A DNA stretch of 56,295 nucleotides from a virus (IMGVR_UViG_3300020196_000044:1-56295); one strand, 5' to 3'; counted from the first letter of the stretch, positions 8,867-18,681 are shown. The notes: generated by a model not told the origin, from the sequence alone. Translations and numbers: made by a program.

Positions 8867-9538
8867 ATGAAAATTAGTACAATACTATCAAATGTTGTAG
8901 GTAATTATGGATTAGCCACATCTAATAAGTATCATGTTTCATTTACTAATATGAACGCAGCACTTGGTACTGCATTGGGGTTACAGAATATATCAGATCC
9001 ATCTTTATTTGAACTTGAATCTAGTGCTAACAAAGCAGCAACAAAACTTAGTTACCTTTGTGATGAATGTAACATACCAGGATTTAGTTTTGCAACTGGA
9101 GACGTGAAAGGATTACAACCTGGAATCAATATTCGTAATGCACATACTAAAATATTTAATGAATTGAATTTAACTTTCTTATTAGATTATTCACATACAA
9201 CGTATAATGTATTTCAAAGATGGTCTGATTTTATTTTTAATAAGCAAGGTATTCCAGGGTATGATATTAAATCATACTCTTTGATGAGATACTATGATGA
9301 TTACTGTGCAGATGTTGTAATACAAAAGTTAGAACCAAGTAGAAGGGATATAAATGTTCAATCATTCTTTGATCCTCTTGGTAATGCTACATCTAGGAAT
9401 ACTCATGTGGTGATGAATCAATTGGTAGCACATAAAGTATTTCCATATAGCATGAATAATATTTCATTTTCTAATGGACCAAATCAACCAGTAAGAGTTC
9501 AAGTATCCTTTTATTTTGAGTACCTAGATAAAGTATAA
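8867..9538 (+). CDS. gp54-like baseplate/tail-tube initiator (gp19-related fold)
   Basis: LCDECNIPG, LNLTF, FQRW, YYDDY, VFP...ISFSNG...VSFYF; position before gp26. Confidence 0.65.
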   Translation: MKISTILSNVVGNYGLATSNKYHVSFTNMNAALGTALGLQNISDPSLFELESSANKAATKLSYLCDECNIPGFSFATGDVKGLQPGINIRNAHTKIFNELNLTFLLDYSHTTYNVFQRWSDFIFNKQGIPGYDIKSYSLMRYYDDYCADVVIQKLEPSRRDINVQSFFDPLGNATSRNTHVVMNQLVAHKVFPYSMNNISFSNGPNQPVRVQVSFYFEYLDKV

Positions 9539-9562
9539 GAATTGTATTTTTGGAGATAAACT

Positions 9563-10270
9563 ATGGCATTGCCAACTTTGAATAACCCTACTTATGAATT
9601 GGTTATTCCTTCAACTAAAAAGAAAATTAAGTACCGTCCATTCTTAGTTAAAGAAGAGAAGATTCTTCTCTTAGCACTTGAATCTGAAGATGAAGTGCAG
9701 ATTGCAAATTCAATGAAAGATATTATTTCTGCTTGTGTGCAGACAAAGGGAATTGATATTGATTTGCTTGCAACCTTTGATATTGAATATCTATTTTTAA
9801 ACATTAGAGGTAAATCTGTTGGGGAAAAAATTGAATTGCTTTTAAAATGTCCAGATGATAATGAAACTGAAGTTTTAGTGTCAATTAACATTGATGATAT
9901 TCAAGTTTATTTCCCAGAAGGACATGAGAATCAAATTAAAATCTCTGATGATTTGTGGGTTGAAATGAAATATCCTAATCTAGATTCATTTGCTCTCTTA
10001 GAGGATGCACAGAATCCAGATAACACATTTAAATTAGTTGCAAAATCAATTGCTAAAATTTATAATGAAGATGATGTTTGGGATAGTTCTACGACTACTG
10101 AAGATGAATTTATTTCATTTGTTGAATCAATGAACAATAAGCAATTCTCAAATATTCAAAAGTTTTTTGAATCAATGCCTTCATTGAAGCATACAATTAA
10201 GATTAAAAATCCTGTAACTAAAGTACAAAGTGATTATACTATTGAGGGTCTATCAAATTTTTTCGGATAG
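9563..10270 (+). CDS. gp26: Baseplate hub assembly protein
   Basis: YRPFLVKEEKILL, FDIEYLFLNIRGKSVGE, MKYP, FFESMP, GLSNFF. Confidence 0.88.
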   Translation: MALPTLNNPTYELVIPSTKKKIKYRPFLVKEEKILLLALESEDEVQIANSMKDIISACVQTKGIDIDLLATFDIEYLFLNIRGKSVGEKIELLLKCPDDNETEVLVSINIDDIQVYFPEGHENQIKISDDLWVEMKYPNLDSFALLEDAQNPDNTFKLVAKSIAKIYNEDDVWDSSTTTEDEFISFVESMNNKQFSNIQKFFESMPSLKHTIKIKNPVTKVQSDYTIEGLSNFFG

Positions 10271-10455
10271 CCCTCTTCCATAATTCTCTAGAGAATTATT
10301 ATAGAACTAACTTTGGTTTGATGCAACATCACAAATATAGTTTAACTGAACTAGATAATATGATGCCTTGGGAAAGAGAAATCTATGTTGCTATGCTATT
10401 AAAATTCTTGGAAGAGGAAAAGGCAAGGATAGAAAAACAAAACTCTAGATCTTAA
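10255..10455 (+). CDS. gp51: gp51-like hub assembly segment in the -1 frame relative to gp26, probably reached by frameshifting (not in ORF track)
   Basis: Translates KFFRIALFHNSLENYYRTNFGLMQHHKYSLTELDNMMPWEREIYVAML...; no ATG/GTG/TTG before 10318; stop overlaps the next ATG (TAATG). Confidence 0.8.
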   Translation, partial: KFFRIALFHNSLENYYRTNFGLMQHHKYSLTELDNMMPWEREIYVAMLLKFLEEEKARIEKQNSRS

Positions 10456-12719
10456 TGGAATCATCACAACTAGGATTACATGACTACAATGACGCCATAC
10501 TATCTGTGTATGGCGCAAATCCTGTTGTGCAGATGGCAGCATCTCCATCGGAACAAGTTGATGTTGAAGAACCAACTGAACAACTTCCTACTAAAAAAGA
10601 AAAGAGAATAAAAAAAGGCACACTATTTACTGAAACTTTAAAGTTAAAGAAGGCTGCATTACTTAATTTATCTTTAGCAAAAAGAATATTTGATTATGAA
10701 CAATCCCGTCTTAGAGAATTAACCACTGAGATTGGTGAGTTACAACCATCAAGAACTAGAGCAGAATCTTATTCTGACAAAGAGAAAGAAGAGAAAGAAG
10801 AGAAATCAGGAATTGGTGGACTATTCTCTAGATTCTTTAGGAATTTATTTTCTAAACTTGGTAAAGTATTATCTTTAAAGTTCAGAAGAAGTATCGGCAG
10901 AAAGAATCGATTAAGATTAAAGAAGTTACAGAGGACATATAGGAAATCAAAAATTGTATCAAAGAGATTTGCTAGAAATTTAACTAAACCATTTAGGCAA
11001 ACATCAAGATTCTTTAAGTCACTTCCAAAAAAAGCATGGAAAGGAATTAAGGGACTTGCAAGCACAGCAAATCAAGTTAGAAAAGTTATTGGTGGGTCCA
11101 TTCAAATGGCAAAGGGACCTAAAGTATCAACGGCACCCAAACCCTCTGGATTAAAAATGCCACAAATGCCATCTGGAATAAGTAAAGGTGCATCTAATTT
11201 GATGAAAGGTGCAAAAAACTTTACTAGATCTGGTCCACTTGCTGCTTTATTTGCTGGATTTGAATTCGGAGGAAGGAAAGGAGCAGGACAAACAGACGCT
11301 CAGGCAGGCATAGGAACCGCTGCAAGCGTCGCTGGTGGTATTGCTGGAGCGAAGGGAGGCGCCGCTGCTGGTGCCGCTCTGGGGGCAACTATAGGACTTG
11401 CTTTTGGTGGTATTGGTGCCGCTCCTGGCGCTGCAATTGGTGCTATCATTGGTGGAATTGGTGGAGGTTTTGCAGGATCGTTTGGTGCAAGTAAACTTGC
11501 TGATGTTGCCACTGGTGTAGATGAGAAGCAGAAATATGCAGAAGGTGGTGTGGTAACTGGACCTCAACTTGCATTGATAGGAGAGGGGGGAGAGCCAGAA
11601 TTTGTGGTTCCTCAAAGTAAACTTGGTTATTTCTTATCGGGTAAAACTGGCATTGGGTTGGTAAATGCTGGAGCAAAAGTTATATTCAGTGGCGTAAGAA
11701 AGTTTGCAGATTCTATTGGACTTGATCCAAAAATACTCAGTTCAATTCCAGAACTTTCTTTAGAAAAAACATTACCCTCTAGTGATATAACTGTACCAGT
11801 AACAACAGACATAAGACAGACGCCAAAATTTAATTTGGGTAAAAATATATTTGATAAAATTATAGAGGGATTTAAAAATCTGTTAAGTGATTTGCCTAAT
11901 TTATTACCCGCTCCACTCAAAGCATTAATAAGTGGTGTACAGGGATTGACAAATGGAGTACAAAATTTTATTGGAGATTTAACTGGTGGATCTGCTGCTG
12001 ATTTGTCAGGTACAGGTGTTGTTAGAGAAGTTGATTTAAAGGCAAATACTCATAAAGACGTTGGACTTACAACTAAATTTGGGTATAGTGCTTTTCATGG
12101 TAGACATCATAATGGTGTTGATGTAGGTACATCTGGAAAGAGTGGTTTTCTTGTGGGGTTCAAAAAAACTGGTAAAGTTACTTTCTCTGGACCATCTGCT
12201 GGATATGGAAATCTTGTTATCATTAAAGATAATTCTGGAACTGAATACTATTTTGCCCATTTAAAAAATATAAATCCAGATTTATCGGTTGGGAAACCAT
12301 ACAATGGAGAAAGCATTGGTGAAATAGGAAACACTGGTCATAGTTCTGGAATTCATTTACACTTTGAGAAGAGACCAAAGGGATCTTCTGGGGTAGATCC
12401 AATGCCTGACGTTGGATTGCTTGATATAGGTAAAAAGAAACAAAAGATACCATCAAAAGTTTCTGATCCTGGTAGAACAGTTGAATTACCAACTAATCTT
12501 AATGCCCCTGCAAATCCATTGACTGTTTCTCCTGCTCTAAATATGATGGGAGGTAGTATAACGCCAACTCCTGAGGATCCATTTGCGATTGGTGGTACAA
12601 ATACTATTTTAACTAATGGTGGTGGAGTACAATATATTCCTTTTCCTATTCCAATAAAATCGAATCCAAATAAACCAAGTTCAATATACTCAACTTGGGG
12701 AACTACTCCTAATAAGTAA
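10455..12719 (+). CDS. Tape-measure-like protein with C-terminal M23 peptidase
   Basis: Gly/Ala hydrophobic repeats, YAEGG..IGEGGEPE motif, HNGVD / YFAHL / HLHFE M23 motifs. Confidence 0.75.
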   Translation: MESSQLGLHDYNDAILSVYGANPVVQMAASPSEQVDVEEPTEQLPTKKEKRIKKGTLFTETLKLKKAALLNLSLAKRIFDYEQSRLRELTTEIGELQPSRTRAESYSDKEKEEKEEKSGIGGLFSRFFRNLFSKLGKVLSLKFRRSIGRKNRLRLKKLQRTYRKSKIVSKRFARNLTKPFRQTSRFFKSLPKKAWKGIKGLASTANQVRKVIGGSIQMAKGPKVSTAPKPSGLKMPQMPSGISKGASNLMKGAKNFTRSGPLAALFAGFEFGGRKGAGQTDAQAGIGTAASVAGGIAGAKGGAAAGAALGATIGLAFGGIGAAPGAAIGAIIGGIGGGFAGSFGASKLADVATGVDEKQKYAEGGVVTGPQLALIGEGGEPEFVVPQSKLGYFLSGKTGIGLVNAGAKVIFSGVRKFADSIGLDPKILSSIPELSLEKTLPSSDITVPVTTDIRQTPKFNLGKNIFDKIIEGFKNLLSDLPNLLPAPLKALISGVQGLTNGVQNFIGDLTGGSAADLSGTGVVREVDLKANTHKDVGLTTKFGYSAFHGRHHNGVDVGTSGKSGFLVGFKKTGKVTFSGPSAGYGNLVIIKDNSGTEYYFAHLKNINPDLSVGKPYNGESIGEIGNTGHSSGIHLHFEKRPKGSSGVDPMPDVGLLDIGKKKQKIPSKVSDPGRTVELPTNLNAPANPLTVSPALNMMGGSITPTPEDPFAIGGTNTILTNGGGVQYIPFPIPIKSNPNKPSSIYSTWGTTPNK

Positions 12720-12725
12720 TAAGAA

Positions 12726-15071
12726 ATGGCAAATATTCCAAGTAAAGCAATAAAAAAATTTAAGAAGGATATTCATAGAGAGATTGCTGCTGGGATTCTT
12801 ATTGCTTATGGTTTGTTTCCACGTACCAATGAAGGTATCGCTAAAGCACAGCGTCTTATTGCAGGCAGAGAAACTTGGTTAGCACCTTCAGAACTACCAA
12901 ATTATTATGATAATATTGAAAGTGATTTGATGATAGGCAGGGAAACTGCTGGCATCGTTAACATCAGAATGATATTGAAAGAATTTTATGGACTTGATAA
13001 TAAACCAAGTGCAATTACAGTACCAAAATTAGATACAGGTAAAACAACTGTTTATAAACCAGAAGATAAATTTGTAGATGATATTACTGAACAACTTGAT
13101 AACAAGTTAGAAGAAACTTCCGACAATATTATGGATGCTGTTGATGCTTTAATTGAAAAGCAGAAAAAAGATTTTGAAGATTACAAAAAGAAACAAGAGG
13201 AAGAAAGGCAGCAAAAGAAAGCAGGAGAAGAACAGTATCCAACTCCAATTGGACCAGATCCAATGCAAGGTCCAGTGGAACCTCCTGTCCAAGGACCAAA
13301 AGAACCCCCAAAGAAAACAGTTGCTCCAGAAAAAGATGAGGATTGGCAATCTGAAGTACCAGATCAATTAGGTACAAAATTAGATGAACTCATTGAACAA
13401 GTAAAGAATGATCCTCTACCTAAACCTGCTGGAGATAATAGAAAAAGAACCAAAGGGAAGACAATTAAGAGAAGTAAACCACGATACAGTGAGATGCATG
13501 TGGGGTCTCCTCTTGCTGAGGTTATGGATAATGTTATTGAAACAAAGAATGCTTTATTAGATCTCTATAAAATTACAAAGAAACATTTTGAATTTAAAAA
13601 AGGCATTGATAAAACATTAACTCAAAGATTATCTGCTAAAAAGAGAGAACAACAGTTAGAAAAACCATCATCTCCTGATGGAGATACTAAAATAAAAGAT
13701 AAGGATAAAAAAGAAAGTTCACTTCAAAAATCATTAAAGAATGCATTAAGTCAGGGTCTTTTTACAGCAGCTATTGGAACGTTAACGCCAGTATTGTTAT
13801 CTTTGATGGCACCATTTTTAGGAAATCAAAATGATATTGAACCTGAACCTGAACCAGATATTAAACCAGATAAATCACCTTCAGATCAATCACAATTAGA
13901 ACCTCCACCAGCACCAGATCTTCCTCCACCAGAAACAGAATCTCCAAAATCTCCTAAACCATTAGTTGATGTTCCACCAGCACCAGTTTTGCCACCACCA
14001 ATAACTATTCAACCTGCTGCTGAAGGTAGAAAATTTGATAAAAAGAAATCTGAACCACTTAAACCTTTAAATATACCTGTGTCAAAAACTGGAAAGAATG
14101 AAGAACTATCAAAAGTAATTAAACCATTGATTGCTGCTGTACAACTTCCAGTTAAAGTTGGAGCGGGAGCAATGCTTTCTTTTGCACATTCAATTGTAAA
14201 TCCTTTTGCTATGTTTATGCCTCCTTTTGTAAAGGGATTTATTAATAATATTTTTAAAACAATATCAGATTCTGCTGGATTAACTGGTGTTAATTTTCAA
14301 CTATCTGGTGATAGTTTTGTTGATACATTAAAGAAAGCATTAGGAGGTGCATTTGGTGGCGGCGGCGGGGGCGGCGGCGGTGGCGGCGGCGGTGGCGGCG
14401 GAGGTGGAGGCGGCGCTGGAGGCGGCGATGGTGGTGGTGGTGGATTATCAACATCAGCTAGTAGTGCCGTTAAAGATCCAAATGTTAAAGCGTTTTTAGA
14501 TGTTCTTGCAAAACCAGAATCTGGAGGGAGATATAATGTTTCTGTTGGTGGAAAACTATTTTCAGATATGTCTAAGCATCCTGAAATGTATAATTCAGAG
14601 TTAAATTCTGATGCAGCAGGAAGATATCAATTTCTAAGCACGACATATAAACCAATTGCTAAAAGGTTAGGGTTGAAAGATTTTAGTCCTAGAAGTCAAG
14701 ACCTTGCTGCTGTTCAATATTTAAAAGATCTTGGAGTTCTTGATGAAATTCAAAGTGGAGATCCTAAGAAACTTGCAGATGTTAAACGTAGATTACAAGG
14801 AAGTACTTGGACTGGATTACAAAAATATACCGATGATTCTTACTTGAAAACGTTTAAAGATAGACAAAAATTTTATAATGATACTGCAAGACCAACAACA
14901 GCAGGAACTCCACCAATAACAGGAACACCCAAACAGCAACTTGAAGCACAGATAAACCAAATATTAGGCATACCTCCACAACCACCACAGGTGCCAACGA
15001 TGCCAAATTTATTTGAGGGAAGTTCTAGATCACCAACTGCTAATTTATTTACGTTACAACCAACTCCATAG
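12726..15071 (+). CDS. Tape-measure/hub-like protein with a lambda-R-like lysozyme domain
   Basis: VKAFLDVLAKPESGGRYN, AAGRYQF, DFSPRSQDLAA; coiled-coil and Pro-rich segments. Confidence 0.72.
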   Translation: MANIPSKAIKKFKKDIHREIAAGILIAYGLFPRTNEGIAKAQRLIAGRETWLAPSELPNYYDNIESDLMIGRETAGIVNIRMILKEFYGLDNKPSAITVPKLDTGKTTVYKPEDKFVDDITEQLDNKLEETSDNIMDAVDALIEKQKKDFEDYKKKQEEERQQKKAGEEQYPTPIGPDPMQGPVEPPVQGPKEPPKKTVAPEKDEDWQSEVPDQLGTKLDELIEQVKNDPLPKPAGDNRKRTKGKTIKRSKPRYSEMHVGSPLAEVMDNVIETKNALLDLYKITKKHFEFKKGIDKTLTQRLSAKKREQQLEKPSSPDGDTKIKDKDKKESSLQKSLKNALSQGLFTAAIGTLTPVLLSLMAPFLGNQNDIEPEPEPDIKPDKSPSDQSQLEPPPAPDLPPPETESPKSPKPLVDVPPAPVLPPPITIQPAAEGRKFDKKKSEPLKPLNIPVSKTGKNEELSKVIKPLIAAVQLPVKVGAGAMLSFAHSIVNPFAMFMPPFVKGFINNIFKTISDSAGLTGVNFQLSGDSFVDTLKKALGGAFGGGGGGGGGGGGGGGGGGGGAGGGDGGGGGLSTSASSAVKDPNVKAFLDVLAKPESGGRYNVSVGGKLFSDMSKHPEMYNSELNSDAAGRYQFLSTTYKPIAKRLGLKDFSPRSQDLAAVQYLKDLGVLDEIQSGDPKKLADVKRRLQGSTWTGLQKYTDDSYLKTFKDRQKFYNDTARPTTAGTPPITGTPKQQLEAQINQILGIPPQPPQVPTMPNLFEGSSRSPTANLFTLQPTP
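14354..14443 (+). repeat. GGN triplet tract encoding a poly-glycine linker
   Basis: About 30 nearly uninterrupted Gly codons (ggc/ggt/gga) before the lysozyme domain. Confidence 0.9.
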
Positions 15072-15073
15072 TT

Positions 15074-16345
15074 ATGTCTAATCCATTACTAATAAACAAT
15101 TTTACTATTAATAAGTTATCAATAACTCTTTCCAATGGAAAGAAACTTAAAATTGATAGTGGATCTGTAGCGTCATTGGAATATGCTGAGACAATGATGA
15201 GTAAGTATCTCACTATTACTTTAAAACTTATTGATACTACTTCTATATTATCTCAAGGAATATATGGTATGGAACCAGTAGAACTTGTCATGACTGATAA
15301 TGTCAATAAAGTTACCTACGAATTCACTGAAGGTTCTAATAATGGAATACTATACGTGTATGAAATACATGATAAAGAGATACTCGATAAGCAAAAAACA
15401 TTTACATTAGAATTGTGTAGAGGGGATGCTTTAGATAACTATAGTACTAGAGTATCCACTGCTTTCAAATCAACTACACCAACAAAACTAATCAATGATA
15501 TTATTGGTGGAGTTCTCAAAAGTAAAAAGACAATCAAGGTACAAGATTCTGTTAACAAATTATCTTTTGTTGCTCCAAATGCAAAACCGTATGAAGTATT
15601 GACTTGGGCAAGAAATAAATTTATTGGAATCAAAGATGGGAACAAAGGTGGTCAGTTTATTAGTGCTGGATACTTTTTCTTTGAAGATTATTATAACTAC
15701 AATTTCTTACCGATAGATAGTTTCTCTAGCAAAAAAGATGTAACATATTCTTTTGTTACTGGAAATAATACTGGGGGAACAGAACAAATAAGTACATTAA
15801 CTAACATTAAACAAACAAGTGGATTAAATTTGTTTAACAATTTTGAAAAAGGGTATTACTCTGGTCGAATTGATTTCTTTGACTTAGTAAACTGCGAAGT
15901 TATCACAAAAAAGTATAACATCAAAGATGATTATTCTAAATGGAGTAAACTTGGGTCTAATGACAAACTTCCAAAAATATATGATGAAGTTCTTTCTAAA
16001 ACACAAACAAGATTAATGACAGTCGTATATAATAATGATTTATTTTTAGAATCAGGTAAACTTGTTACTAAAAATAGAACTCCTTTTGAACAAATTGTAT
16101 CACAATCAATAACTAGATTTGGTACGTTCACTAGTCAAGTTGTTAGTGCTACTGCATATGGTAATCTTGGATTGAATGCTGGTGATTTGGTTACCATTGA
16201 TATGATTGATCCTGATACAAAAAGAGATGCTACATATAGTGGGAAGTATATTATCTTTGGTGTAGATCACATATTCACTAAGTCAGGTGGTGAAGGTCGA
16301 TTAAAAACAAAACTTACATTGGTAAGAGATTCATTCGGAGTTTAA
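15074..16345 (+). CDS. gp27-like baseplate hub protein
   Basis: GYFFFED, GN..LNAGD, SGKYII..V.H.F, L.LVRDSFG; position before gp5. Confidence 0.6.
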   Translation: MSNPLLINNFTINKLSITLSNGKKLKIDSGSVASLEYAETMMSKYLTITLKLIDTTSILSQGIYGMEPVELVMTDNVNKVTYEFTEGSNNGILYVYEIHDKEILDKQKTFTLELCRGDALDNYSTRVSTAFKSTTPTKLINDIIGGVLKSKKTIKVQDSVNKLSFVAPNAKPYEVLTWARNKFIGIKDGNKGGQFISAGYFFFEDYYNYNFLPIDSFSSKKDVTYSFVTGNNTGGTEQISTLTNIKQTSGLNLFNNFEKGYYSGRIDFFDLVNCEVITKKYNIKDDYSKWSKLGSNDKLPKIYDEVLSKTQTRLMTVVYNNDLFLESGKLVTKNRTPFEQIVSQSITRFGTFTSQVVSATAYGNLGLNAGDLVTIDMIDPDTKRDATYSGKYIIFGVDHIFTKSGGEGRLKTKLTLVRDSFGV

Positions 16346-16346
16346 A

Positions 16347-16559
16347 ATGAAAGACATTAGCACTCATATTGCATCTAATAGAAAAATTTTAGATGACCCA
16401 ACATCCTCTCCTCAATTAAGGAGGCACGTTGAAGAGGAACTTTATCAGTTAGAATATTATAAAGGAAAACATCCCGAAGAAAGTCATGATCCAAGTCCAT
16501 TAGAATTGTTTTGTGAATTAAATCCTGAAGCATTAGAGTGTAAGATGTACGATGATTGA
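16347..16559 (+). CDS. cp12: CP12 Calvin-cycle inhibitor (auxiliary metabolic gene)
   Basis: C-terminal LELFCELNPEALECKMYDD (C-x8-C); SPQLRRHVEEEL. Confidence 0.85.
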   Translation: MKDISTHIASNRKILDDPTSSPQLRRHVEEELYQLEYYKGKHPEESHDPSPLELFCELNPEALECKMYDD

Positions 16560-18681
16560 TACTGGTAAAACGACATTAGAATCTAACTATTGGATTGGCG
16601 CTCAAGGCGGAGGGTTTTGGATTGGGCAGGTTGAAGGTGATGGTGATATAACTATTTCTGGAGCATCATTACAAGATGTGTCTGCATCTAACAGAGTTAA
16701 AGTTAGAATTGTTGGATACCATTCCAGAGACAGGAAAGAATTGCCTCCACAGGATCTCCCTTGGGCTACTGTAATGATGCCTAACAATGCTCCAACTGTT
16801 AGAAATGCTGGAACTGTTCATGGATTAGAAAATGGTGCATGGGTTATTGGAACTTTTCTTGATGGTGAAAGTGCTCAGCAACCATTGGTAATGGGTTCTA
16901 TTGGCATTACCGAAAAGTCACAATCATATGAAGATAGATTAGTTAAACTTACAGAAGCGTTTGACAATAATTTTAAACCAAGAAGAGAGGAACTGAGAGA
17001 TAATAATAAACCAGGAGGAGTTGAGAATAACGGTCCATCTGGAAGAGGGCAGAACGCTGGTTCAAAATCTGCAAATGATAAAAATCAAAAACAAAATGAG
17101 AAGCAGATTTATGCTATTGCAAATGGTAAATGTGGTCCTAGACCAGAGGGTGAAGTTACTAGAATACTGAATGATTTATTCAGATTTGTAGATAAGAATG
17201 ATAAAGTAGGTAGTTTATTTGTAGACAAAGTAACTGGCAATGCAATTAAAAGTGTTAATTTAATTGGTAGTTATGTTAGTAGATTTGCCGCAGTTACTAA
17301 TGGATTATTGGGTGATATTAAAGCACTAATTTTATATGAAGTCAAGAAGTGGTTTCAAAAATATGTAATTACACCAGTCACTGCTGCACTTAGTTTGAGT
17401 AAAAATAAGAACCCTGAAGTAATTTGGGCTACTAATCAAGTTGGTGATACTATACTTGAAATTATTAAGTGTATCTTTAAAACTATTTTAGAAAAGTTGT
17501 TGAATTTTTTCTTAGATCTTGTGCTTGGTATACTTGAGGATCTTCTTAATTCTGCTTTTTGTTTAGTATCTAATATCTTGAGTGCAGTGGCATCTCAAAT
17601 CAACGGCGCAATAACTCAAGCACTATCTGCGGTCACCTCGGTAATCTCTATCGTCTCTGCAAAGGGAGATTACGGCGGGTCAATTATTAAGAAGATTGGA
17701 TCTTATATTGCACAGTTCTGTGATGGAAATCTTTCTTGTTTTCTTGGCATCGGAGAGTTTTCAACTAAAGAAGGAGAGAAAGAAGATAATAAAGTAGAAA
17801 GTTTCTTTAACAGAATGGATGTTCTTGGTAATGTATCTAAAGATCTTGAAATTGGATTGTATGGAAGTGATTCATTCTTAAGCACACTATCAAATACTAA
17901 AATTATTTCTAGTGATGGGAAAGTAATTAAAGGATCATTAGATTGTTCTAAAGCAACTCAAATTAAGTTACCTGCATTCCCAAGAATTTCTATCACAAGA
18001 GGTGATACAAATGATAACTACAGACCACCAAGTTTATCACCTGTTATTGATAGTTATGGGCAGGTTGTTGGTATCTATCCTAACGATCCTGGAAGTGGAT
18101 ACATTAGTGATCCTGATTTAAACCTCATAACTTATAATGATTATGGCGAAGATGGATCACTTGTTCCGTTATTAGATAGAGATGGTGGAATCATTGGAGC
18201 TGGTGTTGAAAATAGTGGCGGTGGATACCCATATTTTGATGGGTCAGTCACTAATAGTAAAGCTCCATTGGATTCAAATGGCAATTTAGATACTGACAAT
18301 TTGTATGGTGTTTATGCTGGCGATCCATTCTGGTTGGGAATTATATCAATTGATACTCCGCCAATTATTTTAAATACTGGTTCTAATTACGATGAGAATT
18401 GTAAAATTATTATTGAGTCCCCTGAAATTGAAACTGCAGAAGTTGTACACCCAATACTGCAACCAGAATTTGTTAATGGTAGATTGATATCTGTCAAAGT
18501 TTTGAAAGAGGGATTTGGATATACTACTTTGCCTAAAATATATGTTTCATGTGGAGGAACTGCTAAGATTGCACCAGTATTAAAATTTGTTCCAAGAAAA
18601 GATGCCAAGAAATATCTTAATACCTATGATAAATATGCTACAATTATCGATTGTGTTGGTCATCCAGGAGATGGAAAATGA
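16552..18681 (+). CDS. gp5: gp5 N-terminal part (OB-fold baseplate hub subunit, no lysozyme domain)
   Basis: WIGQVE, RVKVRIVGYH, DLPWA, WVIGTFLDGESAQQPLVMG. Confidence 0.85.
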   Translation: MIDTGKTTLESNYWIGAQGGGFWIGQVEGDGDITISGASLQDVSASNRVKVRIVGYHSRDRKELPPQDLPWATVMMPNNAPTVRNAGTVHGLENGAWVIGTFLDGESAQQPLVMGSIGITEKSQSYEDRLVKLTEAFDNNFKPRREELRDNNKPGGVENNGPSGRGQNAGSKSANDKNQKQNEKQIYAIANGKCGPRPEGEVTRILNDLFRFVDKNDKVGSLFVDKVTGNAIKSVNLIGSYVSRFAAVTNGLLGDIKALILYEVKKWFQKYVITPVTAALSLSKNKNPEVIWATNQVGDTILEIIKCIFKTILEKLLNFFLDLVLGILEDLLNSAFCLVSNILSAVASQINGAITQALSAVTSVISIVSAKGDYGGSIIKKIGSYIAQFCDGNLSCFLGIGEFSTKEGEKEDNKVESFFNRMDVLGNVSKDLEIGLYGSDSFLSTLSNTKIISSDGKVIKGSLDCSKATQIKLPAFPRISITRGDTNDNYRPPSLSPVIDSYGQVVGIYPNDPGSGYISDPDLNLITYNDYGEDGSLVPLLDRDGGIIGAGVENSGGGYPYFDGSVTNSKAPLDSNGNLDTDNLYGVYAGDPFWLGIISIDTPPIILNTGSNYDENCKIIIESPEIETAEVVHPILQPEFVNGRLISVKVLKEGFGYTTLPKIYVSCGGTAKIAPVLKFVPRKDAKKYLNTYDKYATIIDCVGHPGDGK

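Noticed and set aside
14354-14443. G-rich tract as G-quadruplex or foreign insertion
   Set aside because: Fully explained as in-frame Gly codons with mixed third positions.
18651-18681. Possible frameshift joining the two gp5 parts
   Set aside because: The junction has a GGAG RBS and ATGA coupling, and no in-phase slippery heptamer.
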